From assembly GCA_965247115.1 (NCBI GenBank), contig CBDFGR010000002.1, positions 1,536,001-1,600,000 on the forward strand: 64,000 bases of DNA, given 5' to 3'. The notes beneath the pieces are model-generated. The model did no database searches. It was not told the DNA's origin and saw only the letters and a list, made by a program, of their open reading frames with translations. Each line of letters opens with the position of its first letter. Positions within the stretch are counted from its first letter, which is position 1. Positions 9,227-19,470 of the stretch are shown in pieces. The position numbers and the translations under genes were made by a program. This stretch comes from Myxococcota bacterium (GTDB lineage Bacteria > Myxococcota_A > UBA9160 > SZUA-336).

Positions 9227-10663
9227 TCACTCCGCGAGGCCACACTCCTTGATCTTCTGGAGGAGGGTCTTGTAGCTCACCTCGAGGATCTTGGCGGCCT
9301 TCTTGCGGTTCCAGTTCGTCTGATACAAAACTTGTCGCAGCGCCCGCCGTTCCGCCGCTCGAGCGGCTCGCTTGCCGATCTCGCGCAGCGACACACCCTC
9401 CTGCGTCGGATCGAGCTCCGGAGCCGCCTCGTCCTCTTCCTCCACTCTCGGGTGGACCGAAGCACTGGTTCCAAAAACCTCGTCCGCGATGACCTCCTCG
9501 CTTTGCAGCACGACGATGCGCTTCAGCATGTTCTCGAGCTCACGCACGTTCCCCGGCCAGGGATACTCCTTGAAGCCCTGCCGGAGGCGCTTGGACAGCG
9601 TGACTTGCTCGCGCCCGTACTCGCGGCTGTACAGCGTCAGGAAGTGGTCGGTGAGAAGCGGGATCTCCTCTGGCCGCTCGCGGAGCGGCGGCACGCGGAC
9701 GTTCACGACGTTCAGCCGGTAATACAGATCCTCGCGGAACGTGCCTTTGCGAACCATCTCCTCCAGGTTGCGGTTCGTCGCGGCCACGACGCGGACGTCG
9801 ACGCGGACCTCGGTGTGGCCGCCGAGCCGTGAGAACTCGCCGTCCTGGAGGACCTGCAGGAGCTTCGCTTGGAGCTTGGGACTCATCTCCCCGATCTCAT
9901 CGAGGAACATGGTGCCACCGCAGGCGACCTCGAACTTGCCCGGCTTGCGGGACGTCGCGCCCGTGAAGGCCCCGCGCTCGTAGCCGAACAGCTCGCTCTC
10001 GAGCAGCTCCTCGGGCAAGGCCGCGCAGTTCACCTTGACGAAGCGCTTCGTGCGCCGCGTGGACAGCTCGTGCACGGTACGCGCCACGACCTCCTTGCCC
10101 ACGCCACTTTCACCGTGGATCAATACGGTCACCCCGGCGTCGCCGATCTGCTCGAGGATCTCCCGGATCCGGTTCATCTGCTCGGAGGCCCAGAGGAACG
10201 TCGCCTTGCCGCGACCGCGTTGGCTCCCGGGCAGCTCGTCCTGGTGGACCTCGGGGGCAGAGTCGAACGCCCGCTCGAGCGCGTCCCCGAGCTCCTTCTC
10301 CTCGAAGGGCTTGTTCAGGTAGTCAACCGCGCCGATGTTCATCGCCTCCACTACGGTGGCCGCCTTGCGCACCACCGAGAGCATGATCACGGGCATGCTC
10401 GGCAAGCGGCGGCGAATCTCGCGCAGCGTGTCCAGACCACCCAGGTCCGGCATCATGACATCGAGGAAGATCGCGTCCGGCTGGGTTTCCCGCTCGAGGA
10501 GCTCTAGCGCCGCGGCGCCGTCCGCGGCCAGCACGACGTCGTATCCCAAAAGAGGCAGCAGGTTCTGCAGGTAAGCCCGAATGGCCTCTGCGTCGTCAAC
10601 GACCATCACCCGTCTGCGCGAGGGAATACTTCGCGGCGCTCCGGACCTAGTCATGGCGGTCAC
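9227..10663 (-). CDS. Sigma-54-dependent response regulator (NtrC family)
   Basis: Intact receiver (VVDD, FLDVMMP, KPF), GESGVGKE, GAFTGA, HTH; start may be ATG 10654. Confidence 0.93.
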   Translation of the reverse strand: MTAMTRSGAPRSIPSRRRVMVVDDAEAIRAYLQNLLPLLGYDVVLAADGAAALELLERETQPDAIFLDVMMPDLGGLDTLREIRRRLPSMPVIMLSVVRKAATVVEAMNIGAVDYLNKPFEEKELGDALERAFDSAPEVHQDELPGSQRGRGKATFLWASEQMNRIREILEQIGDAGVTVLIHGESGVGKEVVARTVHELSTRRTKRFVKVNCAALPEELLESELFGYERGAFTGATSRKPGKFEVACGGTMFLDEIGEMSPKLQAKLLQVLQDGEFSRLGGHTEVRVDVRVVAATNRNLEEMVRKGTFREDLYYRLNVVNVRVPPLRERPEEIPLLTDHFLTLYSREYGREQVTLSKRLRQGFKEYPWPGNVRELENMLKRIVVLQSEEVIADEVFGTSASVHPRVEEEDEAAPELDPTQEGVSLREIGKRAARAAERRALRQVLYQTNWNRKKAAKILEVSYKTLLQKIKECGLAE

Positions 10664-10710
10664 AGCTCGAGTCCATCGCTCACTCTATCGGCGAGGAACT
10701 CCGCGGGCTT

Positions 10711-10991
10711 GTCTTGTGGGACCCGGCCCGCGGGCGGCCGCGGGCCACCCACCTTCGCTCAGGCCAAAGGCCTTCGCTGCGCGCGCCGCTTCCGCGGCGC
10801 TTGCCTTGTGGGACCCGGCCCGCGGGCGGCCGCGGGCCACCCACCTTCGCTCAGGCCAAAGGCCCTCGCTGCGCGCGCCGCTTCCGCGGCGCTGCGCGCG
10901 CCGCTGCATGGGTGGGGACTCCGCAACGGGTTGCCGATTCTTCACGGAATCTGAACTTGGGAATCTGAACTTGGGGACGGTCCTTAATCTT
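10711..10991 (+). repeat. REP-like family 1 doublet (92-bp period) plus conserved tail
   Basis: Units start at 10713 and 10805; the tail ending GAATCTGAACTTGGGGACGGTCCTT is shared with the 40.15-kb locus. Confidence 0.9.
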
Positions 10992-11074
10992 GCACTCGCT
11001 GCTGGCGCGGAAGGCGTGCGCTGGCGCATGCTGTCGCCACAAAGGTGCGGATTTTTGCTGAGGTCGGGGCGTAG

Positions 11075-13072
<1,998 letters not shown>

Positions 13073-13090
13073 TCCGGGTGATGCTTTGGG

Positions 13091-13139
13091 GTTCGTGACG
13101 CCGTCGGAGGGCGGGGACCACTCCTCGCCCTCCGACTCC
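13091..13139. repeat. Palindrome family 2 hairpin between convergent ligA and rsmI (possible terminator)
   Basis: gtcggagggcgggg-accact-cctcgccctccgac; same CCGTCGGAGG...CCTCCGACTCC frame as 53401-53516. Confidence 0.7.
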
Positions 13140-13171
13140 TTGCCCGCGCTTCGTGTTCGGGTCGGGGGAGG

Positions 13172-14026
13172 CTAGTCGGGGGGGTCGGGTTTCTGTGCGG
13201 GGACGTGGGCGAGGATGCTGCGGTAGGCGGTAGTTCTGGAGACGCCCAGCTCCGTGGCCAGCTTCCGGGCTACGTCGCGGACGCTCAGGCCCGAGGCGAG
13301 GAGCTCCTCGATGTGGGGGGCGAGGTTCGTGGGGTCGGGCTCCGCGGCGGAGGCGGGGCCCTCCACGATCAAGGTGACCTCGCCCCGCGTCCGGTCGAGG
13401 TGGACCTCGCCGAGCCGGCCGCGGACGAATTCCTCGTAGAGCTTCGTGAGCTCCCGTCCGATCGCGATCCGCCTCGGGCCGAGCGTACGAAACAGGTCCG
13501 CGAGCGTGTCGTTCACCCGCCCCGGCGCCTCGTAGAATACGAGCGTTCCCGGGAACGCGGCTACGCGTTCCAGTGTCAGGTGTCGCGCGCGGCCTTTGCG
13601 CGGCAGGAAGCCCTCGAACGCGAAGGGCCGTGTCGCAAAGCCACTGCCAACGAGCCCTGCCAGCAGTGCGGACGGCCCGGGAACAGGCACGACCTCTATC
13701 CCGCCTGCAAGGGCGGCGCTCACCAGCGCAAGGCCTGGGTCCGAGAGCAGTGGGGTCCCCGCGTCCGAGACGAGCGCGATCGAGTCGCCGGTCTTCAAGC
13801 GGCCCAGGAGCATCGGGACACGCCGCGCCTCGTTGTGCGCGTGGAGTGAGACGCGCCGGGTCGGGATCTCGAAGCGCTGGCACAGGCGCGCGGTCCGCCG
13901 CGTGTCCTCGCACGCAATCAGCGCGACCTCTCGCAGCGTGCGCAGCGCTCGCACGCTCGCGTCATCTAGATTCCCGATCGGCGTCGCGACCACGTAGACG
14001 CGGCCCGGATTCTCCGATATCGTCAC
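13172..14026 (-). CDS. rsmI: 16S rRNA (cytidine1402-2'-O)-methyltransferase
   Basis: VATPIGNL, CEDTR, SDAGTPLLSDPG, PGPSA, RELTKLYEE; GTG at 14026 with a GGTGAGG SD. Confidence 0.95.
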   Translation of the reverse strand: MTISENPGRVYVVATPIGNLDDASVRALRTLREVALIACEDTRRTARLCQRFEIPTRRVSLHAHNEARRVPMLLGRLKTGDSIALVSDAGTPLLSDPGLALVSAALAGGIEVVPVPGPSALLAGLVGSGFATRPFAFEGFLPRKGRARHLTLERVAAFPGTLVFYEAPGRVNDTLADLFRTLGPRRIAIGRELTKLYEEFVRGRLGEVHLDRTRGEVTLIVEGPASAAEPDPTNLAPHIEELLASGLSVRDVARKLATELGVSRTTAYRSILAHVPAQKPDPPD

Positions 14027-14060
14027 CCGTGCCTCACCCCGGCTCTCGGTCCCGAAGGCG

Positions 14061-14438
14061 CTGGATATTCCCACCGAGCGGAACACGCGAGCACTGGGCC
14101 GCCGCGGCGAGGACATCGCACAGTCCTTCCTGGAGGACCGGGGCTACCGTATTCTCGCACGCAACGTTCACCTCCGGCACGCGGAGCTGGACCTCGTGGC
14201 CCTCGACGGCGACACACTCTGCTTCGTCGAGGTACGACTGCGCAGGAGCCGGCGCTTCGGCAGCGCCGAGGAATCGATCGATAAGCGAAAGCAGCGCCGC
14301 ATCCTTCGCGCCGCCTCGCAGCTCCTGGCCACCCGAAGCCTCCCTCGCTTCCGCAAGATTCGCTTCGACGTAATAGCAATCGACGCCTCCCATCACCCCC
14401 CGGAGGTAGGTCACTTCCGAAACGCCTTCCACCGCTAG
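14061..14438 (+). CDS. yraN: YraN family (UPF0102) putative endonuclease; start codon uncertain or non-canonical
   Basis: LGRRGEDIA..FL...GYRILARN....ELDLVA.....LCFVEVR...RFDVIAI; no in-frame ATG/GTG/TTG upstream of the conserved N-terminal helix. Confidence 0.85.
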   Translation: MDIPTERNTRALGRRGEDIAQSFLEDRGYRILARNVHLRHAELDLVALDGDTLCFVEVRLRRSRRFGSAEESIDKRKQRRILRAASQLLATRSLPRFRKIRFDVIAIDASHHPPEVGHFRNAFHR

Positions 14439-14451
14439 CCGAGCCAACCGG

Positions 14452-14546
14452 GCAAGCGCCGCGGAACGCGGCGCGCGCAGCGAAGGCCGAAGGCCTGAGC
14501 GAAGGTGGGTGGCCCGCGGACGCCCGCGGGTCGGGTCCCACAAGAC
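14452..14546 (-). repeat. REP-like family 1 copy
   Basis: Full unit between convergent yraN and rplS. Confidence 0.9.
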
Positions 14547-14550
14547 AGGT

Positions 14551-14901
14551 CTATTCGGCCGTGTAGCGCTCGCGGATCCGCGCTGCCTTGCCCCGCAGCT
14601 CGCGCAAGTAGAAGAGGCGCGAGCGGCGCACGCGGCCGCGCGACTTGAGCTCGATCCGGACCACGTTCGGCGACTGCAGGGGGAAGACGCGCTCGACGCC
14701 GACGCCGTAGGACACCTTGCGTACGGTGAACGTCTCGTGCATCCCACCCCGATGGCGCTGGAGCACAACTCCCTCGAAGACCTGCACGCGCTCCTTGTCC
14801 CCCTCCGTGATCCGGACGTGCACGCGAACGGTGTCACCGCTGCGAAACTGCGGGTGGTCGGTCCGCATGCCCTCTCTCTCGATCTCTCGAATCTCTCTCA
14901 T
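14551..14901 (-). CDS. rplS: 50S ribosomal protein L19
   Basis: [54 protein letters not shown]. Confidence 0.98.
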   Translation of the reverse strand: MREIREIEREGMRTDHPQFRSGDTVRVHVRITEGDKERVQVFEGVVLQRHRGGMHETFTVRKVSYGVGVERVFPLQSPNVVRIELKSRGRVRRSRLFYLRELRGKAARIRERYTAE

Positions 14902-15626
14902 TTTCCTAACTCCCGGAGGAACTTCCGATCCTCCTCGCTCAAGCGCTCCGTCTCGAGCAGCTCCGGCCTGCGGCGCCGCGTCACGCGAAGGGACTCCTCG
15001 CGCCGAAAGCGTTCGATGCGTGCGTGATTGCCCGACAGCAAGGGCTCCGGGACGGTGCGGCCCCGGAACTCCCGGGGTCGCGTGAAGATCGGGTGCTCCA
15101 GAAGCCCCTCGCTAAAGGTGTCGGCCTGCGGCGAGATGGGATTTCCGACGACGCCGGGCACGAGCCGGGTCACAGCCTCGGTCACGACCAGGGCCGCCGC
15201 CTCTCCGCCCGAAATCACGAAGTCCCCAATTGAAAGCTCCTCGGCGCCCGTCTCCTCGAAGATCCGCTCGTCGAAGCCCGCATAGCGGCCACAGAGCAGG
15301 AGCAGCTGCCGCTCTGCAGCCAGCTCCTGGGCCAGGACCTGATCGAAGAGGCGTCCTCGAGGACCCAGCGCGCAGATCCGCGCACCTGGGAACGCGAGGG
15401 CCTCGACGGCCGCGACGACCGGCTCGCACTTGAGCACCATCCCGTCGCCCCCACCGTAGGGCTCGTCGTCCACGCTGCGCTGCTTGTCCGTGGCGTACGC
15501 TCGCAGGTCGCTGACCCGAACCTCGACGACCCCCTCGCGGCGAGCCGCGCCGAGCAGCGAGCCCTTGAGAAAGTGCTCCACCAGCTCGGGAAAGATGGTG
15601 ACGATGTCGATACGAGGGCCCGCCAT
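14898..15626 (-). CDS. trmD: tRNA (guanine37-N1)-methyltransferase
   Basis: [33 protein letters not shown]. Confidence 0.97.
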   Translation of the reverse strand: MAGPRIDIVTIFPELVEHFLKGSLLGAARREGVVEVRVSDLRAYATDKQRSVDDEPYGGGDGMVLKCEPVVAAVEALAFPGARICALGPRGRLFDQVLAQELAAERQLLLLCGRYAGFDERIFEETGAEELSIGDFVISGGEAAALVVTEAVTRLVPGVVGNPISPQADTFSEGLLEHPIFTRPREFRGRTVPEPLLSGNHARIERFRREESLRVTRRRRPELLETERLSEEDRKFLRELGK

Positions 15627-15627
15627 A

Positions 15628-16209
15628 TCAGGCCTCGTCCTCGATCATTCCTGCTGGAGGATCCAGCCAGATCTCTCCCGCCTCGAGATCCACCCGAACT
15701 AGGAGCTCGCGCAGGGCGGGTACCAGGTTTTGGTGCGAGCCCTTGCACACCACGAGCACGTCGCTGGCGCGCGTCGACCAGATCTCTTCGACTCGCCCCA
15801 GCTCGCTCCCGTCGGGGAGGCGCGCACGCAGACCGATGATCTCGCGCCAGTAGAACTCGCCCGCCGGCAGCGCTTGGATCGCTGCTTCGCGCAGCGAGAG
15901 CCGCGCTCCCTTCCACTCCACGGCCTGCTCGCGGCTGCCGAGTCCCAGCAGCTCGAGATGGGCCCGCGCGTGCCCGGCGCGGCTCGGACTCGCCGCCAGC
16001 GCGTGGCGGATCCGAAAGGGGATCTCGCCGGGGCCGCCCTCGAGACGGACCTCCGTCGCCTCTAGGAGATTCTTGAGATCCTCGCCGTGAAGCTCGACCA
16101 GCAGGCGGCCCTCGCGACCCGTCGGTCGCAGCAGCCACCCGATCTCGACCCACGTGCCGCTCCCAGTGTCGGGCAGGCTCGAAAGCTCACTTGCGCCTCT
16201 CGCAGCCAC
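15628..16209 (-). CDS. rimM: Ribosome maturation factor RimM
   Basis: Position in the rpsP-trmD operon; LPAGEFYW..IIG and PRC-barrel pattern. Confidence 0.9.
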   Translation of the reverse strand: MAARGASELSSLPDTGSGTWVEIGWLLRPTGREGRLLVELHGEDLKNLLEATEVRLEGGPGEIPFRIRHALAASPSRAGHARAHLELLGLGSREQAVEWKGARLSLREAAIQALPAGEFYWREIIGLRARLPDGSELGRVEEIWSTRASDVLVVCKGSHQNLVPALRELLVRVDLEAGEIWLDPPAGMIEDEA

Positions 16210-16234
16210 GTCCGCACAACCCGATCGCGCTCGC

Positions 16235-16504
16235 TCAGCTGGCCGCGGGCTGCGGCTCTTCCGCTGCCTCGCGCGCGCGCTTGCGAATGAGCGATGCGAC
16301 GCTGTCGCTGACGCGCGCTCCCTTACCGACCCAGGCGTCGAAAGCCTGCCGCTTGAGCGAGAGCTCGGTGCCGGGCGCGAGCGGGTCGTAGGTTCCCAGG
16401 AACTCCAGCGCGCGACCGCTGCGCTTGGTCCGGGAGTCGACAGCTACGATGCGGTACTTCGGGCGCTTCTTGGCACCCGCTCGAAACAGGCGAATGGTCA
16501 CCAT
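16235..16504 (-). CDS. rpsP: 30S ribosomal protein S16
   Basis: MVTIRLFRAGAKKRPKYRIVAVDSR...LGTYDP; ATG at 16504 with a GAGG SD. Confidence 0.97.
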   Translation of the reverse strand: MVTIRLFRAGAKKRPKYRIVAVDSRTKRSGRALEFLGTYDPLAPGTELSLKRQAFDAWVGKGARVSDSVASLIRKRAREAAEEPQPAAS

Positions 16505-16571
16505 ACTGGAGTCCTCACGGAAGGTCCGAGGCGCGCCGCGAGGCACCCTCGGAAGAAGTGAAGTGGGCGAA

Positions 16572-16598
16572 ATTATAGGCGCTTTGCGCTCGAGTCAA
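16572..16598 (-). promoter_or_regulatory. Sigma-70-type promoter for the rpsP operon
   Basis: Minus strand TTGACT-N15-TATAAT (perfect -10, short spacer). Confidence 0.6.
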
Positions 16599-16764
16599 GC
16601 GCGCCGGTACGGCGCGCCTCCTTCTCTCGGGAGCAGTCCCGACAGGCGTACCGGACTGGGTGACGCTGGGGGAGTCTGTCATAGCCCTGATCCAATGCGA
16701 TCCTGCGCACGTGCGTTACCGGGCGTCCGCAGAAATCGCACTTCTCGAGTCCGCCCTGGTCCAC
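16573..16764 (-). CDS. Small hypothetical protein with two CxxC pairs (putative zinc ribbon)
   Basis: CDFC...CRDC; GTG at 16764 lies 8 nt after a TACCTT -10-like box. Confidence 0.6.
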   Translation of the reverse strand: MDQGGLEKCDFCGRPVTHVRRIALDQGYDRLPQRHPVRYACRDCSREKEARRTGALDSSAKRL

Positions 16765-16816
16765 GCTGGCGCAAGGTAGCACAGGCGCCGCGGGGGGCGT
16801 CTGCTAGGGTTGCGGT

Positions 16817-17134
16817 GTGCGTGGCCGGCACCCAGGACGGCGCAAGAGTGGGCCACCCGAAGCGGTGGCGACTCTGTTGCCCAGCGTGCTCGACGAAGTG
16901 GGACTCGGCGCGACGTCAGACGCGGTGCAGCTCGTCCACGTCTGGGACGAGACCCTCGGCGAGCCCTTTGCTGCGAACTGCCGCCCCGAGGGTGTCCGCA
17001 AGGGGGTGGTGGTGGCCCGAGTCCCCGACTCGGCCTGGATGCAGCGTATCCAGCTCGAGAAGCCACGCATCCTGAAGCGCCTGGCAGAAGCGCTCGCGGA
17101 GCCCCCGCACGACATCCGACTCCTCATCGGCTGA
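16817..17134 (+). CDS. dciA: DUF721/DciA family protein (replicative helicase loader-like)
   Basis: W..LG......RP......V.V.DSAWMQ.IQL.K..I pattern, 105 aa. Confidence 0.8.
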   Translation: MRGRHPGRRKSGPPEAVATLLPSVLDEVGLGATSDAVQLVHVWDETLGEPFAANCRPEGVRKGVVVARVPDSAWMQRIQLEKPRILKRLAEALAEPPHDIRLLIG

Positions 17135-17723
17135 GCACGGCCGCCTCCAGGATCGCGTCGAAGCGGATCGCCCCCTCGCGCAGGAGACGCAGGTTCCCGT
17201 CGGGATCGAGTGCAACGACGCTCGACGGGGCAAGATTCCCGGCCGTCCCCGCGACGACTGGCAGCTCCTGGCCGAAGAGCTCGTGAACCTCGCAAGCGGT
17301 CCCACATGGCGCTTCCCCGCTGCGATTGCAGCTCGTCGCGGCGATCGGCCGCTCGTACAGCCGCGCCAGGCGAGCGGCGACCGGGTGCGAGGAGCACCGA
17401 AAGCCGACACCGAACTCTGTAGCCACCTGCGCGAACGCGACGTCGACCTGTTGCAGCACCAGGGTGAGGGGACCGGGCCAGAAGCGCTTGGTCAAAAGAA
17501 GCGCTGGTTCGGGAAGGCTCGGGAGCCAGGCCTCCAGCGCGCTCGCGTCCCGGACCAGCACCGAGAGCCCGCGCTCGGGCGCCCGCCCCTTGAGGACTTG
17601 GAGTGCCTCGAGCGCGCTCGGCTCGAAGACGTCGACACCGAGGCCAAAGACGGTCTCGGTGGGATAGGCCACGACCCGCCCAGTCCCGAGGAGGCGAACG
17701 GCCTCGTCCGCAGAAACGATCAA
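17124..17723 (-). CDS. tsaC: Threonylcarbamoyl-AMP synthase (YrdC/TsaC)
   Basis: VAYPTETVFGLG, LKGR, FWPGPLTLV, TSCNRSG, LREGAI; TTG start overlaps the purD stop. Confidence 0.93.
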   Translation of the reverse strand: MIVSADEAVRLLGTGRVVAYPTETVFGLGVDVFEPSALEALQVLKGRAPERGLSVLVRDASALEAWLPSLPEPALLLTKRFWPGPLTLVLQQVDVAFAQVATEFGVGFRCSSHPVAARLARLYERPIAATSCNRSGEAPCGTACEVHELFGQELPVVAGTAGNLAPSSVVALDPDGNLRLLREGAIRFDAILEAAVLSR

Positions 17724-19291
17724 CCCGCGTGGTCCCGGAGCGCCCGGAGCGCAATGTCGCTCCTGAGCTGGGCACCCTCGAACTGGATGCGACGCGCGGC
17801 GGCGTAGGCACGATCGCGGGCGGCGGCGATGCTGGCACCGCGGGCCGTGATGCCGAGCACGCGCCCACCTGCCGTCTCCCAGCGACCGCCAGAGCGGCGG
17901 GTGGCGGCGTGAAACACGAGAACCTCCGGCTCGCTCTCGAGCTCCTCGAGCCCCCTGATCTCTCGCCCCACCGGGTAGCTGCGCGGATAGCCCTCGCTCG
18001 CCAGCACGACGCACACGGCCGGATCCCCGAAGACGGGGCCTGCGGGACCCGGCGCGCGAGCGGTCGCGCGCCACCCACCTCCGCTCGGCTTCGCCTCGCT
18101 GCGCGCGCCGCTATCCGCGGCGCTTGCACCTGCGGGACCCGGCGCGCGAGCGGTCGCGCGCCACCCACCTCCGCTCGGCTTCGCCTCGCTGCGCGCGCCG
18201 CTATCCGCGGCGCTTGCACCTGCGGGACCCGGCGCGCGAGCGGTCGCGCGCCACCCACCTCCGCTCGGCTTCGCCTCGCTGCGCGCGCCGCTATCCGCGG
18301 CGCTTGCACCTGCGGGATCCGGCGCGCGAGCCGCTTGCAGAGGGAGCTGGCCCTGGGCCGCACCCACGAGCAGCGGGACGAGGTCGGACTCCATTCGGTA
18401 CAGCAGAGGCTGCGTCTCCGGGTCGCCGAAGCGGACGTTAAACTCCACCACAACGGGCTCGGCCTCGACGACCATCACGCCGACGTAGAGCACTCCCCGA
18501 TAGGGCGTGCCCTCCGCACGCAGGCCGTCGAGCGTGGGCTGAACGATCTTCTCGATGATTCGCTGCTCCACGTCGGGGCTCACAACCGGGGCCGGGGAGT
18601 AGGCGCCCATGCCTCCTGTGTTCTCGCCGCGGTCACCGTCTAGCGCGCGTTTGTGATCCTGCGCAGCGGCCAGGCACACGCTGCGCTCCCCGTCGGAGAT
18701 CGCGTAGTACGAGGCCTCCTCGCCAACGAGCCAGTCCTCGATCACGACCTCGGCACCGGAGTCGCCGAAGCGCCGCTCGCGCATGATCTCCGAGAGGGCA
18801 ACGCTCGCCTCATCCGGACCCGCGCACATGTACACGCCCTTGCCAGCCGCGAGCCCGTCCGCCTTCACGACAAGCGGCCCGCCGCGAGCGCGCACATACC
18901 GCTCCGCTTTGTCTGGGTCCGCGAAGCCCTGGTAGGCGGCAGTCGGGATGCCGTGGCGCTGCATGAAGGCCTTGGCGAAGCTCTTGCTGCCCTCAAGGCG
19001 AGCCGCGGCCGCGCCGGGCCCGAATACCGCGATCCCGGCAGCCTCGAGGTGATCCGCCAATCCCGCGACCAGGGGAACCTCGGGACCGACGACCACCAGC
19101 TGAACGTCCTCGCGTTTCACGAGCTCCACGACGGAGTCGGGGCTGGCCAGCCGCGCCTCCGCACAGCGGCCGTGTCGCCCGATGCCGTCGCTGCCCGGGG
19201 CGCAGAGCACCTCGTCGACCAGCGGGCTGCGGCCGATCGCCCAGACCAGCGCGTGCTCACGACCTCCCGAGCCCAGAACCAGGACGCGCAT
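17720..19291 (-). CDS. purD: Phosphoribosylamine--glycine ligase carrying an in-frame repeat insertion
   Basis: GSGGREHAL, LEGSKSFAK, KADGLAAGKGV, QDHKR, NTGGMGAYSP, EFNVRFGDPETQ, GGRVLG; 523 aa. Confidence 0.96.
   Translation of the reverse strand: MRVLVLGSGGREHALVWAIGRSPLVDEVLCAPGSDGIGRHGRCAEARLASPDSVVELVKREDVQLVVVGPEVPLVAGLADHLEAAGIAVFGPGAAAARLEGSKSFAKAFMQRHGIPTAAYQGFADPDKAERYVRARGGPLVVKADGLAAGKGVYMCAGPDEASVALSEIMRERRFGDSGAEVVIEDWLVGEEASYYAISDGERSVCLAAAQDHKRALDGDRGENTGGMGAYSPAPVVSPDVEQRIIEKIVQPTLDGLRAEGTPYRGVLYVGVMVVEAEPVVVEFNVRFGDPETQPLLYRMESDLVPLLVGAAQGQLPLQAARAPDPAGASAADSGARSEAKPSGGGWRATARAPGPAGASAADSGARSEAKPSGGGWRATARAPGPAGASAADSGARSEAKPSGGGWRATARAPGPAGPVFGDPAVCVVLASEGYPRSYPVGREIRGLEELESEPEVLVFHAATRRSGGRWETAGGRVLGITARGASIAAARDRAYAAARRIQFEGAQLRSDIALRALRDHAG
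18039..18331 (+). repeat. Intragenic tandem array of REP-like family 1 variant, 3.25 x 90 bp
   Basis: Identical units at 18039, 18129 and 18219 plus a 23-bp partial unit at 18309. Confidence 0.97.
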
Positions 19292-19299
19292 CACTCCTC

Positions 19300-19420
19300 C
19301 TTGTGGGACCCGCGCGCGGGCGGCCCTCCCGCGGGTCAACGACCCGCGGGCCGCTGACGGCTTCCCACCTTCGCTCAGGCCTACGGCCTTCGCTGCGCGC
19401 GCCGCTATGCGGCGCTTGCA
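19300..19420 (+). repeat. REP-like family 1 copy with expanded first stem, abutting the purD SD
   Basis: TTGTGGGACC...CCCACCTTCGCTCAGGCCTACGGCCTTCGCTGCGCGCGCCGCTATGCGGCGCTTGCA. Confidence 0.88.
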
Positions 19421-19470
19421 GGCTGCCTATTCTAGCGCTCAGGCTTACGACCTTCGGCGCGTTTCTTGGG

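Noticed and set aside
13075..13172. SRP RNA or tRNA after ligA
   Set aside because: No SRP domain IV GGAA-tetraloop motif and no cloverleaf or TTC loop; a simple hairpin related to the 53.4-kb palindrome explains it
18039..18331. CRISPR array or intein in purD
   Set aside because: The units are contiguous and identical with no unique spacers, no cas genes are present, and there are no intein terminal or splicing motifs
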